This document shows positions 33,172 to 40,767 of a stretch of DNA of 43,977 nucleotides, piece by piece. Within the stretch, counting starts at the first letter, position 1. The number at the start of each line of letters is the position of its first letter. The stretch lies in the NCBI GenBank assembly GCA_001770475.1, contig MERB01000016.1, positions 23,274-67,250 of the forward strand, written 5' to 3'. The position numbers and the translations under genes are program-made. The stretch comes from Betaproteobacteria bacterium RIFCSPLOWO2_02_FULL_66_14 (GTDB taxonomy: Bacteria > Pseudomonadota > Gammaproteobacteria > Burkholderiales > SG8-39). The notes beneath the pieces are model-generated. The model did not search any database. It saw only the letters and a list, made by a program, of their open reading frames with translations, and was not told where the DNA came from.

Positions 33172-34074
33172 TTGAAGCTCGCCCTCAAGGTGGACGTCGA
33201 CACGTTCCGCGGCACGCGGGACGGGGTGCCGCGCCTGATCGAGCGGCTTCGTCGCCACGGAGCGGGGGCGACGTTTCTCTTCAGCCTCGGGCCCGACCAT
33301 ACCGGCCGCGCCATCCGGCGCGCCTTCCGGCCGGGATTCCTTGGGAAAGTCAGGCGAACCTCGGTGCGCGAGCACTACGGGCTCAAGACGCTGCTCTACG
33401 GCACGCTGCTTCCCGGACCGGACATCGGGCGCGAGTGCGCGGCGCAAATGCGCTCCGCGCGCGACGCGGGATTCGAGGTAGGCATCCATTGCTGGGACCA
33501 CGTTCGCTGGCAGGATGGCGTCGCGGATGCGGACGCGGCGTGGACCGAGCACGAACTAAATTTGGCATGCGAGCGTTTCCGTGAGGTGTTCGGCGACGCG
33601 GCGCGCGTCCACGGCGCTGCGGGCTGGCAGATGAATCCGCATGCATTACGGCTACTGGATGCGGCGCGATTCCGCTACGCCTCCGACACGCGCGGCACGC
33701 ACCCGTTTCTTCCGGTGTGGGGCGGCGAGCGGTTCTCCTGTTTGCAGCTTCCCACGACGCTGCCTACGCTCGACGAACTGATCGGCACCGACGGGATCGA
33801 CGCCAGCGATGTGGTGCAGCATGTGCTGGCACTGACGGCGCGCCCAGCACCGCAGGTGTACACAGCGCACGCCGAACTCGAAGGCGGAAAACTCGAGGGC
33901 GTGTTCGACGCGCTGCTCGAAGGTTGGCGGCAGCAGGGCTATGAAATTGTCAGCCTGCAGGCATTTGCGATCGCACTTGATCCTGCGCACTTGCCGCGCC
34001 ACGAGGTCGCGCTCGGCGCGGTTCCGGGACGTTCCGGCACGCTTGCGCTGCAAGGCAGAGAGATCGTCGCGTGA
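33172..34074 (+). CDS. arnD: 4-deoxy-4-formamido-L-arabinose-phosphoundecaprenol deformylase (polysaccharide deacetylase fold)
   Basis: 300 aa with a TTG start. It reads LKVDVDTFRGTRDGVPRL...ATFLFSLGPDHTGRA...GIHCWDHVRWQ... Confidence 0.85.
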   Translation: MKLALKVDVDTFRGTRDGVPRLIERLRRHGAGATFLFSLGPDHTGRAIRRAFRPGFLGKVRRTSVREHYGLKTLLYGTLLPGPDIGRECAAQMRSARDAGFEVGIHCWDHVRWQDGVADADAAWTEHELNLACERFREVFGDAARVHGAAGWQMNPHALRLLDAARFRYASDTRGTHPFLPVWGGERFSCLQLPTTLPTLDELIGTDGIDASDVVQHVLALTARPAPQVYTAHAELEGGKLEGVFDALLEGWRQQGYEIVSLQAFAIALDPAHLPRHEVALGAVPGRSGTLALQGREIVA

Positions 34075-34128
34075 CTCAGACCGATGTTCGTCGGCTCAAC
34101 CTTTAGCTTTCAACGCATTGGCCCGTCT

Positions 34129-34866
34129 CTATGCTGCAGAGACGGCCGGGACCGCTCGGCGCAGGGGCATCTCGTCGTAGTGCCTGCCGTTGAGTCTGCG
34201 CCCCGTCAAATCCTTGCGCGTCCCGCCCCATTGCTTGAAGAAGAATGCCACGCCCGCGGTGCGGCACTGGCGCAGTATCGATGTCACCCACTCGCGCTTC
34301 ATCGGCCGTGCACGCGGTCCTGATTCTCCCCCAACAATCGCCCAGTCGACACCGGCAAGCGGCAGTGCCTCCAGCGGCCCGATCAAGGGCTCGAGCGAAA
34401 GAAAACGCACCGCAGCCGGCACTTGCTGCAGATAACCGATGCGATTCACGACTCTGTCATCCTCGACGCTGACGCCCATCCAGACGTTCTCGGGCCAAGG
34501 CAGTCGAGGGGCGAGGGCAGCGAGGCGCTCAGCGCGCTTCGTGAGGATCTGAAACGTGTGCTGGCGCGCCCGCCTCATGCTTACAAAGACGCTGGCGATG
34601 TAACTTTCCGGCACATCTTCATGAAACAGATCGCTCATGGAATTCACGAACACCACGCGAGGTTGCTGCCATTTCAGCGGCACCTCCAGCAAATCTGGGT
34701 GCAGCGTGACGCGGAATCCGTTGCGGTAGCGCCCATTGCCCATTGCCGTCAGTCGTCTTGCCATGCGTTCCGCATAGCAGTTCTTGCATCCCTGGCTGAT
34801 CTTCGTGCAACCCGTGACCGGGTTCCACGTCATTTCGGTCCACTCGATGTTGCTCTTCGTCGGCAT
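34129..34866 (-). CDS. DUF5131 / phage Gp37-Gp68 family protein with N-terminal three-Cys motif
   Basis: In ORF 34129..34908. The ATG at 34866 gives MPTKSNIEWTEMTWNPVTGCTKISQGCKNCYAERMA, the family-typical IEWT..TWNP..GC......GC.NCYA. It continues ...VFVNSMSDLF...FLSLEPL...VDWAIVGGESG...FFFKQWGG. Confidence 0.85.
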   Translation of the reverse strand: MPTKSNIEWTEMTWNPVTGCTKISQGCKNCYAERMARRLTAMGNGRYRNGFRVTLHPDLLEVPLKWQQPRVVFVNSMSDLFHEDVPESYIASVFVSMRRARQHTFQILTKRAERLAALAPRLPWPENVWMGVSVEDDRVVNRIGYLQQVPAAVRFLSLEPLIGPLEALPLAGVDWAIVGGESGPRARPMKREWVTSILRQCRTAGVAFFFKQWGGTRKDLTGRRLNGRHYDEMPLRRAVPAVSAA

Positions 34867-34921
34867 AGCGCCCTGCCCTCCCCGCCTTGCGCACAATACC
34901 TTGACCAAGCGGCAAGCTCAA

Positions 34922-35737
34922 TCAGATGAGGCGCCCCTGAGGCGACACGTTCGCTATCGCTTCCCATAACTTGTGCGCCAGAGGAGCACGGGACACGAAC
35001 ACGAGCCAATACAGGTCCGTGTTCTTGCTGTTCAGAACCTCTTCCACTCGTGCGTTCGGCGCGATATCAAGCCGGCTGATCAGGAGTTCGCGCCAATGCT
35101 CGAAGATTCCTTGACGAACCGATTCCTTCGGTAATCGCGTGTCGACGGCCTGCCGCCAATTGGGCGCAAACTCGTCCAGAACCCGAGACTTTGGCTTCAT
35201 GTAGTTGTGCAAATTGCGCTTCAGATCCATGGAGCTCACGTGAATGAGCAGGTCAATGTGCTTGCGCGCGGCGAGTTCCTCGATGATCGCAAAGGGCAGC
35301 GACGCAAGGCCGTAGGGATCCAGGAACGCGAAGTGCAAGCCCTTCGGATCAAGCGAGAAAATGATTTCTTTGGTGACATTGCGCGCCTCTCCGGTGTACG
35401 CATGCACCCTGGCGCCCAGTTTCTCAAGCCGCGTCTTGGCCGCCTCGACAAAAGCCGGTTCACGGTCGGCCACATAAAAATCGGTGAACTGATCGCCGTG
35501 CTTAGCAGCGGAGCGAAACGCAACTAACGGACTGCCGTCCGCCATCTCGCCCGTCTCCTCTATCCGGGCGCGTCCCGGCCCGCAATAGAGATCCACGTAC
35601 GCGCAGCTGATGAACCTTCTGCGCGCGCCGTGCGCTGCGTCCACATACTTGCGCAGGCGCTCGTGTTTTTCTAGCGACCAGATGCCGATTTCAGCTACCG
35701 GCAGCCCGTCTTCCGGGTCGGTCAAGGTCAAGTCCAC
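34922..35737 (-). CDS. tcmP: three-Cys-motif partner protein TcmP (TIGR04474-like)
   Basis: 271 aa. It reads IGIWSLEKHERLRKYVDA...YVDLYCGPGRARI...FAFLDPYGLASLPF...DLLIHVS...YWLVFVSR. It sits immediately upstream of a DUF5131 gene, which is the defining genomic context of TcmP. This is recognised from memory of the family description, not searched. Confidence 0.75.
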   Translation of the reverse strand: MDLTLTDPEDGLPVAEIGIWSLEKHERLRKYVDAAHGARRRFISCAYVDLYCGPGRARIEETGEMADGSPLVAFRSAAKHGDQFTDFYVADREPAFVEAAKTRLEKLGARVHAYTGEARNVTKEIIFSLDPKGLHFAFLDPYGLASLPFAIIEELAARKHIDLLIHVSSMDLKRNLHNYMKPKSRVLDEFAPNWRQAVDTRLPKESVRQGIFEHWRELLISRLDIAPNARVEEVLNSKNTDLYWLVFVSRAPLAHKLWEAIANVSPQGRLI

Positions 35738-35791
35738 GCCCTCTCAACGCACCGCTGGAATGATACTGTGCTTATATTCAGTTATCGAGCC

Positions 35792-38614
35792 ATGCCATGG
35801 CCGATAACGCACGTGGTATCGTTTGCGCCGACACGATCGAAGACCCCCTTGCCCCTGCCCTGGAACGAGATCCGCGACCGCGCCATCGGCTTTGCACGCG
35901 ACTGGCAGGACGCGGAAAGCGAGCGCGCCGAGGCGCAGACGTTCTGGAACGAGTTCTTTGCGGTGTTCGGCGTGCCGCGCCGGCGCGTGGCGAGCTTCGA
36001 GGAGCCAGTCCGCAAGCTCGGCGAGCGGCGCGGCCGCATCGACGCCTTCTGGAAAGGCATTCTGGTGGTCGAACACAAGTCGCGCGGGCAGGACCTCGAT
36101 CGCGCGTTCATCCAGGCGCTCGATTACTTCCCCGGCATTGCCGACCGCGACCTGCCCAAGTACGTGCTGGTATCCGATTTCGCCCGCTTCCGGCTCTACG
36201 ACCTCGATGCGGACACCCACAGCGAGTTCGCGCTGAAGGACCTCCACAAGCACATCAAGCGCTTCGGCTTCATCGCGGGCTATGCGGCGCAGGAGATCAA
36301 GCCGCAGGACCCGGTCAACATCCGCGCTGCCGAGCAGATGGGGCGGCTGCACGATCTGCTGAAGGACACGGGATATTCCGGCCACGATCTTGAGGTGCTG
36401 CTGGTGCGGCTCGTCTTCTGCCTGTTCGCCGACGACACCGGCATTTTCTCGAAGCAGTCGTTCCGCGACTGGATCGAGACCCGTACCGCCGAGGACGGAA
36501 CGGACCTGGGACCGCAGCTCGCCCTGCTGTTCCAGGTCCTGAATACCCCGGAGGGTCACCGGCAAAGCAATCTTGACGAGCAGATTGCCGCGTTCGCCTA
36601 CGTCAACGGCAGGCTCTTCGAGGAAACCCTGCAACTTGCGACCTTCGACCGCAAGATGCGGGCGACGCTGCTCGATTGCTGTGCGCTCAACTGGGGCTCG
36701 GTAAGCCCCGCGATCTTTGGCGCCCTGTTCCAGAGCATCATGGACGCGAAGGCGCGCCGCAACCTCGGCGCGCACTACACCAGCGAGGAGAACATCCTCA
36801 AGCTGATCAAGCCGCTCTTCCTCGACGAGTTGTGGGCCGAATTCAGCCGGATACGGAACAACAAGAACCGGCTATTCGAGTTCCACAAGAGGCTGCGCAC
36901 GCTCGTGTTCCTTGACCCGGCCTGCGGCTGCGGCAATTTCCTTGTCATCACCTACCGAGAGCTGCGGCTGCTTGAACTGGAACTCCTGCGTGCCGTGCAC
37001 AGCGGTCCCGGGTCGCGGTTTCTAAACATTCACCAGGAACTGACTCTCGATGTCGATCAGTTCTACGGCATCGAGATCGAGGAGTTTCCGGCGCAGATCG
37101 CGCAGGTGGCTCTGTGGCTGATCGACCACCAGATGAACCTCAAGGTGTCTGAAGAGTTCGGGATGTATTTCGCCCGGATTCCGCTGAAGACGACGCCGCA
37201 CATCGTTCACGGCAACGCGCTGCGGCTCGACTGGAACGAGGTGGTGCCAGCCGAGCGGCTGAGCTACAGCATCAGTAATCCACCGTTTGTCGGGAAGCAG
37301 CACCAGACGGTCGAACAGAAGGCGGATCTCGAGTCCGTCCTCTCGGGGGTGAGCGGCGCCGGGGTACTCGACTTTGTGACTGGCTGGTACTTCAAGGCCG
37401 CGCGATACCTGCAATCCAACAAGGCGATCCGCTGCGCGTACGTGTCCACGAACTCGATTTCGCAAGGCGAGCAGGTGGGCGTGCTTTGGGCAGATTTGCT
37501 GCGTGCGGGGATACGGATTCATTTCGCGCATCGCACGTTTCGGTGGTCGAACGAAGCTCGCGGTATGGCGGCCGTTCATTGCGTGGTGATCGGCTTTGGT
37601 GCGAGTGATGTGGAACGCAAGACGATCTTCGAGTACGAACGACCCGACGGCGAGCCGCACGCGATCGTCGCAGGGAACATCAATCCGTATCTGGTAGACG
37701 CCCCCGATGTCCTGCTAAAGTCCAGGAGTGAGCCGATCTGTGATGTACCGCCGATTCAGTTCGGGAGTATGCCGAACGACGGCGGCCACCTGCTGCTGAC
37801 CGACGCAGAACGTGCTGAATTGGTGATCCAGGAAATTGGCGCTGCGCGCTGGATCCGCAGGTTCATGAGTGCCGAGGAGTTTCTCCACAATGTGCCGCGA
37901 TGGTGTTTGTGGCTGAAGGGAATCAGCCCCACCGATCTCAAGGCCCTGCCTGAAATCGCGCGACGCGTTGCTGAGGTGAAGGCCTTGAGATCCATCAGCC
38001 GGCGCGCTACGACGAAAGAACTCGCCGCATTTCCGACGTTGTTTGGCGAAGACCGTCAGCCCGACTCGGCCTACATCCTCATCCCACGTCATTCGTCCGA
38101 GCGGCGAGCCATAGTCCCGATGGGATTTTTCGGTCCTGAAGTCATTGCCGCAGATAGTTGTCTAGCGGTTCCGAATGCAACGCTCTATGTGTTTGGGGTA
38201 TTGTCTTCGGCTATGCACAATGCTTGGATTCGCTCCGTCGCAGGCCGTTTGGAGAGCCGCTATCGCTATTCAAATCAGATTGTCTACAACAACTTCCCTT
38301 GGCCAGACCGACCTACCGACAAGCAGACGCAGGCAATCGAGTCGGCGGCGCAAGGCGTGCTCGACGCGCGAGCCGAATTTGCGGACTCATCGCTGGCGGA
38401 TTTGTACGACCCATTGACCATGCCACCATCGCTCACGCATGCGCACCAAGCACTCGACCGCGCAGTTGACGCCGCCTACGGAAAAAAGGGTTTTGCTTCG
38501 GACGCGGAGCGCGTGGCTTTTCTGTTCGGCCTTTATCAGCGCTACACCAGCCTTCTGCCAAGCGCGACGCCACCTTCGGCGCGAAAGGCCCGCGTGCGGC
38601 GCGCGCACGCGTAG
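35792..38614 (+). CDS. MmeI-family Type IIL (IIG) restriction endonuclease / N6-adenine DNA methyltransferase fusion
   Basis: In ORF 35768..38614. It is collinear, as I recall the sequence, with MmeI along its length: LPWNEIRDRAIGFARDW, the nuclease motif D-x9-E-x-K (RIDAFWKGILVVEHKS), RNLGAHYTSEENILKLIKPLFLDEL, SAM motif I FLDPACGCGNFLV, EIEEFPAQIAQVALWL, catalytic NPPFVG, STNSISQGEQV and GRLESRYRYS. The start is uncertain within ~10 codons (ATG at 35792). Confidence 0.88.
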   Translation: MPWPITHVVSFAPTRSKTPLPLPWNEIRDRAIGFARDWQDAESERAEAQTFWNEFFAVFGVPRRRVASFEEPVRKLGERRGRIDAFWKGILVVEHKSRGQDLDRAFIQALDYFPGIADRDLPKYVLVSDFARFRLYDLDADTHSEFALKDLHKHIKRFGFIAGYAAQEIKPQDPVNIRAAEQMGRLHDLLKDTGYSGHDLEVLLVRLVFCLFADDTGIFSKQSFRDWIETRTAEDGTDLGPQLALLFQVLNTPEGHRQSNLDEQIAAFAYVNGRLFEETLQLATFDRKMRATLLDCCALNWGSVSPAIFGALFQSIMDAKARRNLGAHYTSEENILKLIKPLFLDELWAEFSRIRNNKNRLFEFHKRLRTLVFLDPACGCGNFLVITYRELRLLELELLRAVHSGPGSRFLNIHQELTLDVDQFYGIEIEEFPAQIAQVALWLIDHQMNLKVSEEFGMYFARIPLKTTPHIVHGNALRLDWNEVVPAERLSYSISNPPFVGKQHQTVEQKADLESVLSGVSGAGVLDFVTGWYFKAARYLQSNKAIRCAYVSTNSISQGEQVGVLWADLLRAGIRIHFAHRTFRWSNEARGMAAVHCVVIGFGASDVERKTIFEYERPDGEPHAIVAGNINPYLVDAPDVLLKSRSEPICDVPPIQFGSMPNDGGHLLLTDAERAELVIQEIGAARWIRRFMSAEEFLHNVPRWCLWLKGISPTDLKALPEIARRVAEVKALRSISRRATTKELAAFPTLFGEDRQPDSAYILIPRHSSERRAIVPMGFFGPEVIAADSCLAVPNATLYVFGVLSSAMHNAWIRSVAGRLESRYRYSNQIVYNNFPWPDRPTDKQTQAIESAAQGVLDARAEFADSSLADLYDPLTMPPSLTHAHQALDRAVDAAYGKKGFASDAERVAFLFGLYQRYTSLLPSATPPSARKARVRRAHA

Positions 38615-38621
38615 GCTGACC

Positions 38622-38666
38622 GCATTAGACCCGGAGCCGAAAACCGCCTTAAAATCAGTCTAATGC
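38622..38666. repeat. inverted repeat (9-bp arms gcattagac / gtctaatgc, 27-nt spacer) at the right edge of the accessory island
   Basis: It was read directly from the sequence, 8 nt after the MmeI-like stop. There is no flanking T-run, so it is not a convincing terminator. Confidence 0.35.
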
Positions 38667-38774
38667 ACATGACCGTGGACGGTCTCGGTCAAGCACTTGC
38701 AGCCTCAGCAAAAAACATGTTCAATGAAGGCGTTGCGCAACTATCCTAAGATGGGGTCGTAAGAACCCGCCCGG

Positions 38775-39230
38775 ATGCCCGGAAAATCCGTCAAGGACTT
38801 TTCCCTCCCCTCGACTGGCGGCACCGCGTTTCGCCTGAGCGCACTTCGCGGCAGGAAGCTGGTCCTGTACTTCTACCCGAAGGACAACACCCCGGGCTGC
38901 ACCACCGAGGGAATGCAGTTCCGCGACCTGCACGAGGAATTCGTGAAATCGGGCTGCGCGGTGTACGGCGTTTCGCGCGACTCGCTCAAGTCGCACGAAA
39001 ACTTCAAGTCGAAATTCAAGCTGCCGTTCGAACTGCTCTCGGACGAAAAGGAAAGCGTCTGCACGCAGTTCGGCGTCATCAAGCTGAAGAACCTTTACGG
39101 CCGGAAGGTCCGTGGCATCGAGCGCAGCACCTTCGTTCTCGATCGCGAGAGCGTGGTGGCGCGCGAGTGGCGCGGCGTGAAAGTGCCGGGACATGCGCAG
39201 GAGGTACTCGACTTTGTTAAAACCCTCTGA
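38775..39230 (+). CDS. bcp: thioredoxin-dependent thiol peroxidase (peroxiredoxin Bcp)
   Basis: 151 aa. The peroxidatic Cys context is LYFYPKDNTPGCTTE, and GVSRDS...H..F and STFVLD are present. Confidence 0.92.
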   Translation: MPGKSVKDFSLPSTGGTAFRLSALRGRKLVLYFYPKDNTPGCTTEGMQFRDLHEEFVKSGCAVYGVSRDSLKSHENFKSKFKLPFELLSDEKESVCTQFGVIKLKNLYGRKVRGIERSTFVLDRESVVAREWRGVKVPGHAQEVLDFVKTL

Positions 39231-39294
39231 AGGTCACATCGCTCCCGATTCGCCATCCGTCACGGAACCCGCCCCCACGCCCCGTTCCCCCGCA

Positions 39295-40725
39295 ATGGCC
39301 AAACGCTCCCGCGCCCCGCGCAGCCAGCGCCTCGCCAAGCTGTTCGTGCTGGACACGAACGTCCTGATGCACGATCCGACGAGCCTGTTCAGGTTCCAGG
39401 AGCACGACGTCTACCTCCCGATCGGAACGCTCGAGGAGCTGGACAACCACAAGAAGGGGATTTCCGACGTCGCGCGCAACGCACGCCAGGCGAGCCGCTT
39501 TCTCGACGAGATCCTGTCCGGGACGAGCGCCAAGAGCGCGTCCGACATTGCGGCGGGAATCCCGCTGCCCTCCCGCGTCGGGGAGCGGCCGCGTGGAAGC
39601 CTGTTCCTGCAGACCGAGGCCATCAACGGCGAACTTCCCGCGACGCTCGCCATCGGCAAGGCGGACAACCAGATCCTGTCGGTGGTGCGCCACCTGCAAA
39701 AGCGCGAACCCGAGCGCCGCGTGATCCTGGTGTCCAAGGACATCAACATGCGCATCAAGGCGCGCGCCCTCGGGCTCGCGGCCGAGGACTACTACAGCGA
39801 CAAGGTGCTCGAGGACACCGACCTGCTGTATACGGGCGTGCGGCGACTGCCCGACAATTTCTGGGAAGCGCACGGCCGCGACATGGAATCGTGGAAGAAG
39901 GAAGGCCACACCTACTACCGGGTGCGCGGCCCGCTGGTGCCGCAGCTGCAGCTGAACGAATTCGTCTACGACGAGAGCGGCGACCGCCCGCTGCACGCGA
40001 TGGTCCGGGAGAAACAGGGACGCGTCGCGGTGCTCGAGACGCTGCGCGACTACACCCACGCCAAGAACTCGGTGTGGGGCATCACCGCGCGCAACCGCGA
40101 GCAGAATTTCGCGCTCAACCTGCTGATGAGTCCGCAGATCGACTTCGTCACGCTGATCGGCCAGGCCGGCACCGGCAAGACGCTGCTCACGCTCGCGGCC
40201 GGGCTCACGCAGGTGCTCGACGAAAAGCGCTACAGCGAGATCATCGTCACGCGCGTCACCGTGCCGCTGGGCGAGGACATCGGCTTCCTTCCCGGGACCG
40301 AGGAGGAGAAGATGCTGCCGTGGATGGGCGCGATGGAGGACAACCTCGACGTGCTCAACGCCTCCGAGGAATCGGGCGGCGAATGGGGCCGCGCCGCGAC
40401 GCGCGACCTGGTGCGCTCGCGCATCCGCGTCAAGTCGCTCAACTTCATGCGCGGACGCACCTTCATCAACAAGTGGCTCATCATCGACGAGGCGCAGAAC
40501 CTCACGCCGAAGCAGATGAAGACGCTGGTGACTCGCGCCGGCCCCGGAACCAAGGTCGTGTGCCTGGGCAACATCGCCCAGATCGACACGCCCTACCTCA
40601 CCGAGGGCAGCTCGGGGCTCACTTACGTCGTCGACCGGATGCGCGGCTGGGCGCACGCAGGGCACGTCACGCTCGCCCGCGGAGAGCGCTCCAGGCTCGC
40701 TGACCACGCCGCCACGACGCTCTGA
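39295..40725 (+). CDS. PIN-domain / PhoH-like ATPase (PhoH2/YlaK type)
   Basis: In ORF 39193..40725, starting at the ATG at 39295 (MAKRSRAP). It has an N-terminal PIN domain (FVLDTNVLMHDP...GTLEELD), Walker A LIGQAGTGKT, and Walker B/PhoH LIIDEAQNLTP and GNIAQID. Confidence 0.88.
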   Translation: MAKRSRAPRSQRLAKLFVLDTNVLMHDPTSLFRFQEHDVYLPIGTLEELDNHKKGISDVARNARQASRFLDEILSGTSAKSASDIAAGIPLPSRVGERPRGSLFLQTEAINGELPATLAIGKADNQILSVVRHLQKREPERRVILVSKDINMRIKARALGLAAEDYYSDKVLEDTDLLYTGVRRLPDNFWEAHGRDMESWKKEGHTYYRVRGPLVPQLQLNEFVYDESGDRPLHAMVREKQGRVAVLETLRDYTHAKNSVWGITARNREQNFALNLLMSPQIDFVTLIGQAGTGKTLLTLAAGLTQVLDEKRYSEIIVTRVTVPLGEDIGFLPGTEEEKMLPWMGAMEDNLDVLNASEESGGEWGRAATRDLVRSRIRVKSLNFMRGRTFINKWLIIDEAQNLTPKQMKTLVTRAGPGTKVVCLGNIAQIDTPYLTEGSSGLTYVVDRMRGWAHAGHVTLARGERSRLADHAATTL

Positions 40726-40767
40726 ATTCTGCTAGGCTGCGTTTCTTTTTTTTTCGGGGATTCCCGC

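Noticed and set aside
30389-33584. 533-aa and 546-aa minus-strand ORFs and the 509-aa plus-strand ORF within the arn operon
   Set aside because: They occupy alternative frames of arnC/arnA/arnD, which all have strong family signatures in the called frames.
34123-34145. Hairpin ccgtctct-atgctgc-agagacgg between arnD and the DUF5131 gene as a bidirectional terminator
   Set aside because: It has only an 8-bp stem and no U-tract on either strand, and it overlaps the last codons of the DUF5131 ORF. This is not enough support to call a terminator.
35744-36775. 343-aa minus-strand ORF opposite the MmeI-like N-terminus
   Set aside because: The plus-strand frame matches MmeI, including the nuclease motif. 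The antisense ORF would also collide with the tcmP start region.
35792-38614. BREX PglX methyltransferase as the identity of the large methyltransferase gene
   Set aside because: An N-terminal D-x9-E-x-K nuclease motif is present and the protein is collinear with MmeI. No pglZ, brxC, brxL or other BREX genes are adjacent.
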